From Candidatus Limnocylindrales bacterium (GTDB lineage: Bacteria; Chloroflexota; Limnocylindria; Limnocylindrales; CSP1-4): a stretch of 64,000 bases of DNA. The notes under the pieces were generated by a model. That model saw only the letters and a list, made by a program, of their open reading frames with translations, ran no database searches and had not been told where the DNA came from. The DNA lies in assembly GCA_036274475.1 (NCBI GenBank), contig DASUFO010000059.1, positions 1,151 to 65,150 on the forward strand, in the 5' to 3' direction. A program made the position numbers and the translations under genes. Below are positions 54,093 to 63,432 of the stretch, piece after piece (position 1 is the first letter of the stretch; each line of letters begins with the position of its first letter).

Positions 54093-56180
54093 CTAGTGGC
54101 TGCCCGCCGTCTCGAGCTCCTTCTTGTGGGCGTCGATCACCTTCTCGGCGATGTGGTTCGGCACTTCCTCGTAGTGGTCGAGCTCCGCGGTGAACGTCCC
54201 GCGGCCGTGCGTCAGCGACCGCAGCTCGGTCGCGTACGAGAAGATCTCGGACTGCGGGACGTGGGCCTGGACGACCTGCATGCCGTCACTGCTGTCCATG
54301 CCGAGCACCCGGCCGCGCCTCGTGTTGAGGTCGCGGTTGACGTCGCCCATGTACTCCTCGGGCACCTTCACCTCGATCGCCATGATCGGCTCGAGGAGGC
54401 CCGGCTTGCACTCCATGACGCCCTTCTTGAGCGCCATCGAGGCCGCGATCTTGAACGACAGCTCGTTCGAGTCGACGGTGTGGAACGAGCCGTCGTAGAG
54501 CGTCGCCTTGAAGTCCGACAGCGGGTAGCCCGCGAGGACGCCCTCGGCGGCGGCTTCGCGGATGCCCTTCTCGACGCCGGGGAAGAAGCCCTTCGGCACG
54601 GATCCGCCGACGACCTTCTCGGCGAACACGACGCCGCCGCCGGGGTTCGGCTCGATCTCGATCCAGACGTGGCCGAACATCCCGTGGCCGCCGGTCTGTT
54701 TCTTGTACCGGCCCTCGACCTTCGTCGTGCCCCGGATCGTCTCCTTGTACGGGATCTTCGGGGTCCGGGTGACGATCGCGGCGCCGAACTTTCGCTTGAG
54801 ACGCTCGCCGATCACCGCGATGTGGGCCTCGCCGGTCGCCACGAGGAGCTGCTCGCCGGTCGCGGAGCGCTCGACACGCGCCGACGGCTCCTCTTCGAGC
54901 ATGCGCTGGAGCGCCGTACCCATCTTGTCGAGGTCCGCCTTCGTCTGGGGCTCGATCGCGACCGTGAGCGAGGGCTGCGGGAAGTCGAGGGGCGGCAGGA
55001 TGATCGGGTTGTCCTTCGCCGACAGCGTGTCGCCGGTCTCGGTCACGTTCAGCTTCGCGACGGCGCCGATCTCGCCCGCCTGCAGCTCGCCGATCGCCTC
55101 CTGGTCCTTGCCGTGGAGCAGGAGCAGTCCGCCGATTCGCTCATCCTCCTCGCGGTTCGCGTTCCACGCGTGGGCCTGGGAGTGGAGCGTCCCGCTCAGG
55201 ATCCGGAGATAGGTCAGCCGGCCGACGAACGGGTCGGCGGCGGTCTTGAACACGCGGGCGACGAGGGGCCCGGCCGGATCGGGGGTGATCGACGCCTCGG
55301 CTCCCGTCTTCGCGTTCTTCGCCGCGACGGCCGGCTCTTCGGCGGCCGTGGGCATGTAGCGGATGAACGCGTCGAGCAGGGCGTTCATGCCGATGCCCTT
55401 CGCGGCGCTGCCCACGAGGACGGGCGCGAGGATCGAGTCGCGGACGCCGCGGTGGAGACAGGCGTCGAGCTCCTCGTCGCTGACCTCCTCGCCCTCGAGG
55501 TACTTCGTCAGGACGTCGTCGTCGGCCTCGGCGGCGGCTTCGAGCAGCTGGTCGCGGCGCTTCGCGACCTCGTCGGCGAGATTGTCGGGGATCGGGACCT
55601 CGACCTCCGTCTTGCCGTCGAACTTCCAGGCCTTGCGATGGACGAGGTCGACATAGCCCTCGAAGCCTTCGCCGGAGCCGATCGCGACGTGGAGCGGGGC
55701 GATCTTGTTGCCGAAGCGGGCACGGAGCGCATCGAGCGATGCGGTCGGGTTGGCGTGCTCCTTGTCGCACTTGTTGATGAAGAAGCAGGCCGCCCGACCC
55801 GTTGACCTGCCGAGGTTGACCGCGGTCTCGAGGCCGGCCTCGACCGTACCCGACGCATCGGCAACGAACAGCGCCCCGTCGGCCGCCGCGAAGCCGCTGA
55901 CGACCTCGGCGACGAAGTCCGGGTAGCCGGGCGTGTCGACGAGCGTGATCCGCGTCTCGTCGTGCTCGAACGTCGCGACGGCGAGGCTCAGCGACTGCTG
56001 GCGCTTCTGCTCCTCGGGTTCGTAGTCGAGGTGGGCGGACCCCTCGTCGACCTTCCCGAGCCGCTGGATTGCTCCTGCCTGGAAGAGCAGATGCTCGGCG
56101 AGCGTGGTCTTGCCACCGCCGGCATGCCCTGCCAGGACGACGCTTCTGAGGTGGGCGGGGTCAACGCTCTTCATCGTCAT
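54093..56180 (-). CDS. elongation factor G paralog (EF-G-like, atypical GTPase motifs)
   Basis: It has the five-domain EF-G architecture. G1 is GHAGGGKTT, G3 is DTPGYPDF (Tyr in place of the catalytic His) and G4 is NKCD. The start is ATG at 56180 or 56174; the ORF's first codon is GTG at 56219. Confidence 0.85.
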   Translation of the reverse strand: MTMKSVDPAHLRSVVLAGHAGGGKTTLAEHLLFQAGAIQRLGKVDEGSAHLDYEPEEQKRQQSLSLAVATFEHDETRITLVDTPGYPDFVAEVVSGFAAADGALFVADASGTVEAGLETAVNLGRSTGRAACFFINKCDKEHANPTASLDALRARFGNKIAPLHVAIGSGEGFEGYVDLVHRKAWKFDGKTEVEVPIPDNLADEVAKRRDQLLEAAAEADDDVLTKYLEGEEVSDEELDACLHRGVRDSILAPVLVGSAAKGIGMNALLDAFIRYMPTAAEEPAVAAKNAKTGAEASITPDPAGPLVARVFKTAADPFVGRLTYLRILSGTLHSQAHAWNANREEDERIGGLLLLHGKDQEAIGELQAGEIGAVAKLNVTETGDTLSAKDNPIILPPLDFPQPSLTVAIEPQTKADLDKMGTALQRMLEEEPSARVERSATGEQLLVATGEAHIAVIGERLKRKFGAAIVTRTPKIPYKETIRGTTKVEGRYKKQTGGHGMFGHVWIEIEPNPGGGVVFAEKVVGGSVPKGFFPGVEKGIREAAAEGVLAGYPLSDFKATLYDGSFHTVDSNELSFKIAASMALKKGVMECKPGLLEPIMAIEVKVPEEYMGDVNRDLNTRRGRVLGMDSSDGMQVVQAHVPQSEIFSYATELRSLTHGRGTFTAELDHYEEVPNHIAEKVIDAHKKELETAGSH

Positions 56181-56286
56181 CGACGGGTCTACCTCACGCT
56201 TCGCGGTTGCCGTGGCCACGGCGACGGGGTATCTCGGGAGCGGCCTCGCGTGGGCGTCGGCCGCGGTTCAGCCAATTCTAGTCGGC

Positions 56287-56292
56287 TATACT
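56287..56292 (+). promoter_or_regulatory. candidate -10 box TATACT upstream of yebC (very short or no leader)
   Basis: TATACT is followed by CCCGGCCGCG and then the ATG at 56303. There is no Shine-Dalgarno sequence. The same TATACTCCCG string appears at 15207. Confidence 0.35.
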
Positions 56293-56302
56293 CCCGGCCG
56301 CG

Positions 56303-57055
56303 ATGTCTGGGCATTCAAAATGGTCGACGATCAAGCGCCAGAAGGGCGCCAACGACGCGAAACGCGGCGCCCTCTTCACGAAGGTTGCGCGCGAGATCAG
56401 CGTCGCTGCGCGGCAGGGCGGCGGTGACCCGGATGCGAACTACCGGCTACGCCTCGCCATCGAGAAGGCGCGCTCGGTCAACATGCCCGCAGACAACATC
56501 AAGCGGACGATCGAGAAAGCGACCGGCGGCGGCGATGCCGAGCAGTTCGAGGAGATCGTGTACGAGGGCTACGGCCCGGGCGGCGTGGCGGTCCTCGTCG
56601 AGGCGGCGACCGACAACCGCAACCGGACGGCCGCCGAGGTCCGGTCGATCTTCACGAAGACCGGCGGCCAGCTCGCGGGCTCCGGGGCGGTGGCCTGGCA
56701 GTTCGAGCCGCGCGGCCTGATCGCGGTGGGCCGCGGCGGGATCGACGCGGACGAGGTGGCGCTCGCGGCGATCGATGCGGGCGCGGAGGACGTCGACACC
56801 GACGACGCCGAGACGATCGAGATCTACACCTCGCCGTCCGATCTCGAGTCCGTTCGCAAGGCCCTGGAGTCGGCCGGCGTCGCGGTCGACTCCGCCGAGA
56901 GCGCGATGATCGCGAAGCAGACGGTCGAGCTGGATTCGGCGAAGGCCCGGCAGGCGCTGCGGCTCGTCGAGCTGCTCGAGGACCTCGACGACGTCCAGCG
57001 CGTGACCGCCAACTTCGATATCCCCGAGGACGTCTTCGCCGAGGTCGCCGGGTGA
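56303..57055 (+). CDS. yebC: YebC/PmpR family DNA-binding transcriptional regulator
   Basis: [27 protein letters not shown]... is canonical for this family. Confidence 0.95.
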   Translation: MSGHSKWSTIKRQKGANDAKRGALFTKVAREISVAARQGGGDPDANYRLRLAIEKARSVNMPADNIKRTIEKATGGGDAEQFEEIVYEGYGPGGVAVLVEAATDNRNRTAAEVRSIFTKTGGQLAGSGAVAWQFEPRGLIAVGRGGIDADEVALAAIDAGAEDVDTDDAETIEIYTSPSDLESVRKALESAGVAVDSAESAMIAKQTVELDSAKARQALRLVELLEDLDDVQRVTANFDIPEDVFAEVAG

Positions 57056-57654
57056 TCATCCTCGGGGTCGACCCGGGGACAGCGGCACTCGGCTACGGCA
57101 TCGTCGACCGGAACGGGGGTCGCCTCCGGGCCATCGACTACGGCTGCCTCGTCACCTCGCCCGACATGGGCTTGCCGGAGCGGCTGCTGGCGATCCACTC
57201 CTTGCTCGACGAGCTGATCGCGCTGCACGAGCCCGCGGTCGTCGCCGTGGAGCGGTTGTTCTTCTCGCGCAACGCCCAGACCGCGATCGCGGTTGGCCAG
57301 GCGCGCGGCGTCATCCTGCTGGCGGCGGCTCAGCATCGCCGGCCAGTTCGCGAGGCGACGCCGAACGAGGTCAAGGTGGCGGTCGCGGGCTACGGCTCGG
57401 CCGACAAGGGGCAGGTCCAGCGGATGGTGCAGCTCGTCCTGGATATGTCCGAGCTGCCGACACCCGACGACGCCGCCGACGCGCTCGCGGTCGCGATCTG
57501 CATCGCGAACCAGGTGGGCCAGGCGGGCAGAGTTGGATCGTCGGTGCTCGACCGGGCCGCGGTGGCGCCAATCGAGCGGGGCGAGTCGGCGTACGACCGG
57601 GCGGTCCGCGAGGCGCTCGCCAAGGAGAAGCGCGCCGCGCGTTCCGTCTCGTGA
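57052..57654 (+). CDS. ruvC: crossover junction endodeoxyribonuclease RuvC
   Basis: IILGVDPG...[14 protein letters not shown] and PNEVK are present. It overlaps yebC by 4 nt. Confidence 0.9.
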   Translation: MIILGVDPGTAALGYGIVDRNGGRLRAIDYGCLVTSPDMGLPERLLAIHSLLDELIALHEPAVVAVERLFFSRNAQTAIAVGQARGVILLAAAQHRRPVREATPNEVKVAVAGYGSADKGQVQRMVQLVLDMSELPTPDDAADALAVAICIANQVGQAGRVGSSVLDRAAVAPIERGESAYDRAVREALAKEKRAARSVS

Positions 57655-57827
57655 TCCGGCGACCCAACTTGATCATGCGTTCGCCCCATGACGCGTAGCG
57701 CGGCTTTGGCCGCTTCAAACGGCGTGAACCGGGCTCGTGTTAGACGCTCGCGGCTAAACCTTGGTCAGCGGATTCCGCTTGGCGTCGCCGGGCGCAAATC
57801 TGATCGCGTTTCGCGGTGGAGGGTGGC

Positions 57828-58430
57828 GTGATCGCCTCGGTCGAAGGGCGTGTCGGCGCGGTTTCCGCGGATTCGCTCGTGATCGAGGTCGGCGGGATCG
57901 GCTACCAGGTGTTCGCCTCGCCGGCGATCCTCTCGACTGCGGCCGCGGGCTCAATACTCAAGCTCCACACCTACCACCTGGTCCGCGAGGATCAGCAGGC
58001 GCTGTACGGCTTCCGAAGCGTCGAGGACCTCGGCTTCTTCACGCTGTTGCTGACCGTGAACGGGGTGGGGCCGAAGGTCGCGCTCGCGATCGTCGGCTCG
58101 CGCCCCACGCCCGATCTCCAGCTGGCGATCATGGCCCAGGACCAGGCGGTGCTCGTGTCGATCCCGGGCATCGGCAAGAAGCTCGCCGAACGGATCATCT
58201 TCGAGCTCAAGGAGAAGGTCGCCGCGGCCGGGATCGCGGCGTCGGCCGCGGGCGGCGCCGTGGCGGGTGTCGGCGCGGCCGAGAGCGAGGTCGTCGCGGC
58301 GCTCCAGGCGCTCGGCTACTCGCTGCCGGAGGCCCGGGAGGCGTCCCGGGTCGCGCTCGCGGACGCGACGATCGGCGGCACGCTCGAGGACCGGGTCAAG
58401 GCCGCCCTGCGGAGCCTGCTCAGGGAGTAG
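57828..58430 (+). CDS. ruvA: Holliday junction branch migration complex subunit RuvA
   Basis: MIASVEGRV...VIEVGGIGYQV, FF..LL.V.GVGPK.AL and IPGIGKK.AERI are present. The GTG at 57828 fits the usual MI start better than the upstream GTG at 57816. Confidence 0.9.
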   Translation: MIASVEGRVGAVSADSLVIEVGGIGYQVFASPAILSTAAAGSILKLHTYHLVREDQQALYGFRSVEDLGFFTLLLTVNGVGPKVALAIVGSRPTPDLQLAIMAQDQAVLVSIPGIGKKLAERIIFELKEKVAAAGIAASAAGGAVAGVGAAESEVVAALQALGYSLPEAREASRVALADATIGGTLEDRVKAALRSLLRE

Positions 58431-60057
58431 CCGCGATCCGGCGCTGCTTGATCCTTGCCGCGTCGCCCGCGAACGGGCCCTCACCCAAACCGAACGTCGA
58501 GACGATCGGCAGCATCGCGCCCGGGAACTCGGCGAGCGACGAGCGGTAGTCGATGTTGAGCGCCGCGAGGCGGTCGCGGAGTCGCTCGGCCGCCGCCGTC
58601 CGCCAGGGGTCGTCGACACCGTCGAGGTCGGAGAGTTCGATCGCGACCGACGGCCGCGGCGTCCCGGTTGCGTCGTCGACGACCGCGAGCATGAACGAGT
58701 GCATCCGGTGTCCGACTTCGGGGTCGCGATACAGGATCGACTCGACGTCCTCGGGATAGATGTTCGAGCCCATCACGCTGATCGTCGCGTCGCGCCGGCC
58801 GTGGATCCAGAGAAACGGCAGCGGGATCGGACGGGCCCACGGCAGCGGGCCGCGCGGACCGGCGACTTCCGGGGCGTCGCCCAGCCGGTCGAGATCGAAG
58901 CCGAATTCGCGAAGCACGCGCCGGACCGTGTCGTAGTCGACGATCCCGCCGGCATCGTGGACGTTGTACCGCGTCCGGGGCGCGAGCAGGTCGAGCCGCG
59001 ACACCGTGCAGAGCACCTCGCCGCGGTCGTTGACCTCCATGTAGTGGATGAGCGGGTTGTACTGGAAGACCATCGGCAGCCGCGAGTCCGAGCCGAATAG
59101 CCGGCGCGCGATGTCGGGCCGGGCACGGGCGAGCCTTCGGACCGCGATCGACACCGGCGATTCGCCCGCCATCCCGATCTCGATATCCGTTGCGCCGTAG
59201 CCCGAGTACACGGACACGAACCGCTGCAGCAGCACGTCGCGCAGCTCTTCGGTCATGCCCTCGCCGCCGACGAGCGCGTGAAGCTCGTAGTCGGCCCACG
59301 GAAAACCGCGCCGCTCGCCCTCGTCGAGAAGGTGCTTGAGGAACGGCGGGTAGCCCGAGATCAGGAACCGATGCTTCGGGCCGAGGTACGTCAGCGTCGA
59401 GAGGATCTTGTCGACATCCGGCCCGATCGACTTGACGATGCCGTGGCGCAGCATCCCGAGGCTCATGTTGAAGCCGGCCGCCCAGGCGCCCATCGAGAAC
59501 GCGTTGATCGTGATCAGTGGGCCCGTGCCGAGCGTGTACCGGGCGAAGAAGCCGATGTTTCGGTGGGCGACCTCGCGCTCGCGCCGGCCGCGAATCCAGT
59601 TGTACGGGGTGCCGGTCGAGCCGCTCGATTCGTCGATCGTCGTGCCCGCGTAGGGGACGCCGCCACCGACGCATCGGGAAAAGAGGTCGTAGCGGTCGAC
59701 GTAGCTCGCTTTGTCCGTTTCGGGCAGGTGGGCGAGGACGCCGAGCGGGAACAGTCCCGCTCGGTCGACGCCATGCTCCTCGAGGAAGCGGCGGTAGGCC
59801 GGGACGCGGCGCGATGCTCGCCAGGCCGCACGCTCGGCTCGGAGGCGGCCGATTCCGCGCAGGATCGGGGCCGGCGTGATGATGAAGAGCGCCTTGAGCC
59901 AGCCGTACCGAAGACCGATCGTCCGGAACATCGTGTCGAGCGGGAAGAGCCAGAGGCCACGCCCCACCCCGACGAACGAGGCGAGGCCATTGCGAGCGGC
60001 GGCGGTCGTCAGCGTCATGACCCGTGAACGTGCTCCCGCCCGGCCGGTTACGCCCAT
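58420..60057 (-). CDS. PaaK/CapK/F390-synthetase-like adenylate-forming enzyme
   Basis: About 530-545 aa (start at 60057 or ATG at 60018). The adenylation P-loop DESSGSTGTPYNW, YGATDIEIG, SVMGSNIYPEDVE and a C-terminal subdomain are typical of the phenylacetate-CoA ligase-like family. The N-terminal roughly 60 aa are hydrophobic. Its 3' end overlaps the ruvA 3' end by 11 nt. Confidence 0.75.
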   Translation of the reverse strand: MGVTGRAGARSRVMTLTTAAARNGLASFVGVGRGLWLFPLDTMFRTIGLRYGWLKALFIITPAPILRGIGRLRAERAAWRASRRVPAYRRFLEEHGVDRAGLFPLGVLAHLPETDKASYVDRYDLFSRCVGGGVPYAGTTIDESSGSTGTPYNWIRGRREREVAHRNIGFFARYTLGTGPLITINAFSMGAWAAGFNMSLGMLRHGIVKSIGPDVDKILSTLTYLGPKHRFLISGYPPFLKHLLDEGERRGFPWADYELHALVGGEGMTEELRDVLLQRFVSVYSGYGATDIEIGMAGESPVSIAVRRLARARPDIARRLFGSDSRLPMVFQYNPLIHYMEVNDRGEVLCTVSRLDLLAPRTRYNVHDAGGIVDYDTVRRVLREFGFDLDRLGDAPEVAGPRGPLPWARPIPLPFLWIHGRRDATISVMGSNIYPEDVESILYRDPEVGHRMHSFMLAVVDDATGTPRPSVAIELSDLDGVDDPWRTAAAERLRDRLAALNIDYRSSLAEFPGAMLPIVSTFGLGEGPFAGDAARIKQRRIAATP

Positions 60058-60075
60058 GTCGGCAACCCGACAGGC

Positions 60076-60133
60076 GCAGGCACGTTGATCAGGCCGTCAC
60101 GGACGCAGGCACGTTGATCAGGCCGTCACGGAC
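60076..60133. repeat. perfect 29-bp tandem duplication (GCAGGCACGTTGATCAGGCCGTCACGGAC x2)
   Basis: The copies at 60076-60104 and 60105-60133 are identical and directly abutting. The second copy spans the Rrf2 stop codon (60126-60128). Confidence 0.9.
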
Positions 60134-60602
60134 GCCGGCCGGCGAGCGCGTCCCCGTGAACGCCGCGAGGATCGATCGAGGCGCGACCCGGGCGGGCGGC
60201 CAGGTCCGCGAGCGACTGGTTGTCGAGGATGTCGAGCGTGGCGTCCCGAACGTCGAGCATCACGTCCCGGAGGGCGCAGGTCCCCTCGTCCGGGCACGAG
60301 CACGTGCCGTAGTAGCGGAGTGAGACGCAGGGCAGGGGAGCGAGGGCGCCGTCGAGGAGCCGGATCACGCGACCCAGCGAGACGGTCGCCGGGTCATCGG
60401 CGAGCGCGTACCCGCCGTGCGCCCCGAGCGTCGTCCGGACGATGCCGCCGTGCTTGAGCGTCGACATGATCTGCTCGAGGAACTTCGGCGGGAGGTTGTT
60501 GCGCCGGGCGAGCGTCGCGAGCGGAACGGTGGTCGTCGGGCCGCTGCGGACGAGGTCGGTCAACGCGCGGAGGCCGTACTCGGAGCGGCGCGACAGTCGC
60601 AT
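60126..60602 (-). CDS. Rrf2 family transcriptional regulator with Cys cluster
   Basis: 158 aa from the ATG at 60600-60602. MRLSRRSEYGLRALTDL... is the winged-helix region. Cys92, Cys101, Cys103 and Cys109 (PCVSLRYYGTCSCPDEGTCAL) sit where Fe-S ligands occur in IscR/NsrR-type proteins. Confidence 0.85.
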   Translation of the reverse strand: MRLSRRSEYGLRALTDLVRSGPTTTVPLATLARRNNLPPKFLEQIMSTLKHGGIVRTTLGAHGGYALADDPATVSLGRVIRLLDGALAPLPCVSLRYYGTCSCPDEGTCALRDVMLDVRDATLDILDNQSLADLAARPGRASIDPRGVHGDALAGRRP

Positions 60603-60662
60603 CGGGCGCAGTATGCCCCATCTCCCACCGGAAATGGGGTGTTTGGCGGCCGCGCCCGGGCC

Positions 60663-60703
60663 ATTGTCGATCCTGGACGACAATTCCGGTGTCAATGGAC
60701 ACC
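60663..60703. promoter_or_regulatory. two palindromes upstream of the Rrf2 gene (candidate Rrf2 operators)
   Basis: ATTGTCG-ATCCTGGA-CGACAAT is at 60663-60684 and GGTGTC-AATG-GACACC at 60688-60703. They lie 60-100 nt upstream of the Rrf2 start, in the divergent region shared with ruvB. Confidence 0.4.
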
Positions 60704-60889
60704 CCGAGGACGACGCAGCGACCGCCCTTCGCTCCGCGGGCCGTGACCCACGATCTGAGCCTGCGGTTCGTGCTCGTTCATGCGGCCGCTGTCCAGTGAG
60801 AGCGACACGGTCGCTGCCAGCGGACAGGAGACGCGCGCTGCGTCGAACGGACGTGCTAAATGCGTCATGCCATGCTATCCTCGCCACCG

Positions 60890-61999
60890 ATGACCGACGA
60901 CTTGGCCCGGATCGTCGCGCCGGACCTGATCGACGAGGGCGACCGCGTCGTCGAGAGCGCCCTTCGGCCCCGATCGCTCGACGAATACATCGGCCAGCGC
61001 GACGTCAAGGCCAACCTCTCGGTGCTGCTCGCCGCGGCGAAGGGCAGGGGAGAGGCCGCCGACCACGTTCTCCTCTACGGCCCGCCGGGCCTCGGGAAGA
61101 CGACGCTCGCGACGATCATCGCCCGCGAGCTCGAGGTCAACGTCCGCTACACGAGCGGTCCGGCGATCGAGCGGGCGGGCGACCTTGCCGCGATCCTGAC
61201 CGCGCTCGAGGAGCGCGACGTCCTGTTCATCGACGAGATTCACCGCCTCAACCGGGCCGTCGAGGAGATCCTCTATCCGGCGATGGAGGACTACGCGCTC
61301 GACGTGATGATCGGCAAGGGGCCGTCCGCGCGGAGCCTGCGACTGAGCCTCAAGCCGTTCACCGTGGTCGGCGCGACGACACGGGCGGGAAGGATCAGCT
61401 CGCCGCTCCGTGACCGGTTCGGGGCGACGTACCGCCTCGATTTCTACGAGGTCGGCGACCTCACGGCGATCGTCGACCGTTCGGCGCGCATCCTCGACGT
61501 CGATATCGACGAGCCGGCGGCGCGGGCGATCGCGACCCGCGGCCGGGGCACGCCGCGGATCGTGAACCGGCTGCTCAAGCGGACCCGCGACCACGCCCAG
61601 GTCCACGGCACGGGGCGGATCGACGCGACGGTCGCCCGCGAGGCGCTCAAGGCGATGGACATCGACGACGAAGGCCTCGACTCGACGGACCGGAAGCTGC
61701 TCGCGGCGATCATCCAGAAGTTCGCGTCCGGGCCGGTCGGCGTCCAGGCACTTGCGGCCGTGCTCGCGGAGGAGGTCGAGACGATCGAGGACGTCCACGA
61801 GCCGTTCCTGCTTCGGCTCGGGTTCATCGATCGGACGCCGCAGGGCCGGATCGCGACGGATCTTGGCCGGGCGCATCTCGCGGGACTCGGCTATGAGATC
61901 CCACCGCCCCGTCGCGGCGAGCCCGATATGGCGAGCCTGTGGGATCCGGCTCCGGCCGAGCCGCCCCAGCCGCCCGAAGAGGGCGCCGCCGGAGCGTGA
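60890..61999 (+). CDS. ruvB: Holliday junction branch migration DNA helicase RuvB
   Basis: [32 protein letters not shown] and [15 protein letters not shown] are present. The ATG at 60890 is preceded by TATCCT (60876-60881) with no SD sequence. Confidence 0.95.
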   Translation: MTDDLARIVAPDLIDEGDRVVESALRPRSLDEYIGQRDVKANLSVLLAAAKGRGEAADHVLLYGPPGLGKTTLATIIARELEVNVRYTSGPAIERAGDLAAILTALEERDVLFIDEIHRLNRAVEEILYPAMEDYALDVMIGKGPSARSLRLSLKPFTVVGATTRAGRISSPLRDRFGATYRLDFYEVGDLTAIVDRSARILDVDIDEPAARAIATRGRGTPRIVNRLLKRTRDHAQVHGTGRIDATVAREALKAMDIDDEGLDSTDRKLLAAIIQKFASGPVGVQALAAVLAEEVETIEDVHEPFLLRLGFIDRTPQGRIATDLGRAHLAGLGYEIPPPRRGEPDMASLWDPAPAEPPQPPEEGAAGA

Positions 62000-62226
62000 A
62001 CGCGGCCGGCCTCCAGGGTCTCGGCTGGGCGCTCGTCGTCCTCGGGATCGTCATCACGCTCACCGGCGTGCTGATCCTCGCCGGCGGGCGCATCCCGATC
62101 CTCGGCCACCTGCCCGGCGACATCGTCATCCAGCGCGAGAACGTCACGATCTTCATCCCGCTCGGGACGATGCTCGTGATCTCGATCGTCGTGTCGGTCG
62201 TGATCGCGCTGTTGAATCGTCGCTGA
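61996..62226 (+). CDS. DUF2905 family small membrane protein
   Basis: The GTG overlaps the ruvB stop (GTGA). [35 protein letters not shown] matches DUF2905. Confidence 0.75.
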   Translation: MNAAGLQGLGWALVVLGIVITLTGVLILAGGRIPILGHLPGDIVIQRENVTIFIPLGTMLVISIVVSVVIALLNRR

Positions 62227-62229
62227 GCC

Positions 62230-63390
62230 GTGGCTGGCGCGGCCTCGTTCGAGGTCCTGACACCACCGCCCGTCGACGGTTCGACGCGGGCGCGGCGCGG
62301 TCGCCTGACCCTGACCCATGGCGCCGTCGAGACGCCCCAGTTCATGCCGGTCGGCACGAACGCGACCGTGAAGGCGCTCGATCCCGACGACATCAAGGCG
62401 ACGGGTGCCTCGATCATCCTCGCGAACACGTACCACCTGTACCTGCGGCCCGGCCACGAGCGGATCGCCCGGCTCGGCGGGCTCCATGAGTTCATGAGCT
62501 GGGACCGTCCGATCCTGACCGACAGCGGCGGCTTCCAGGTCGTGTCGCTCGGCGACCTGCGGGTCGTCGACGAGGATGGGGCGACGTTCCGGAGCCATCT
62601 CGACGGCTCACTCCACCGGTTCACGCCGGAGCACGCGATCGGGGTGCAGGAGGCGCTCGGGTCGGATGTCGCCGTCGCGTTCGATCAGCCGGTCACGCCG
62701 TCGTCGCCGCGGGCGGTCGTCGCAGAGGCGACCTCGCGCACGCATCGGTGGGCGGAGCGATCCCTGGCGGCGCATTCACGGGCCGACCAGGCGCTGTTCG
62801 GTATCGTCCAGGGCGGACTGGAGCCGGACCTCCGGGCCGACAGCACCCGGTTCATCGCGTCGCTGCCGTTCGACGGGATCTGCATCGGCGGACTGGCCGG
62901 CGACGAGACACCGGAACAGCGCGAGGCGGCGCTCGAGGTGGCCGTGCCCCTGCTGGAGGCCGATCCGCGGCCGCGGTATCTGATGGGCCTGGGATCGCCG
63001 GCCGACCTGCTCGAGGCCGTTCACCGGGGAGTGGACCTGTTCGACTCCGTGCTGCCGGCCCGCGTCGCGCGCAACGGCCAGGTGTGGGTCCCCGGCGGCC
63101 GGTTGAACCTCCGAAATCAACGCTTCCTCGACGATCCCTCCCCGGTCCAGGAGGACTGCCCGTGCATTCTCTGCACCCGGTTTTCGCGGGCGTATGTCGC
63201 CCATCTTTTCCGGGCGAAAGAGCTGCTCGCGTACCGTCTCGCGACTTGTCACAACCTGACCTTCACCCTAGACTTCATGGCCAGGATCCGGTTCGCGATC
63301 GAGGCCGGAACCTTCCCAGCCGTCGTGTCGGAGCTTCGACTGCGCGCGGGCCGGATGAGCGCCAGTGAAGTCGCGGAGAAGTCCGCGTGA
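62230..63390 (+). CDS. tgt: tRNA-guanosine(34) transglycosylase (queuine tRNA-ribosyltransferase)
   Basis: ETPQFMPVGT, LANTYHL, TDSGGFQV, GLAGDE and the zinc site CPCILC...H are present. Confidence 0.95.
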   Translation: MAGAASFEVLTPPPVDGSTRARRGRLTLTHGAVETPQFMPVGTNATVKALDPDDIKATGASIILANTYHLYLRPGHERIARLGGLHEFMSWDRPILTDSGGFQVVSLGDLRVVDEDGATFRSHLDGSLHRFTPEHAIGVQEALGSDVAVAFDQPVTPSSPRAVVAEATSRTHRWAERSLAAHSRADQALFGIVQGGLEPDLRADSTRFIASLPFDGICIGGLAGDETPEQREAALEVAVPLLEADPRPRYLMGLGSPADLLEAVHRGVDLFDSVLPARVARNGQVWVPGGRLNLRNQRFLDDPSPVQEDCPCILCTRFSRAYVAHLFRAKELLAYRLATCHNLTFTLDFMARIRFAIEAGTFPAVVSELRLRAGRMSASEVAEKSA

Positions 63391-63432
63391 AGGCCGGCCC
63401 GGTAACCTGCGATCAACCGCGGAGGAGCATCG

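Noticed and set aside
60076-60133. The 29-bp repeat read as a minimal CRISPR array.
   Set aside because: There are only two copies, they abut directly with no spacer, there are no cas genes, and one copy is part of a coding sequence.
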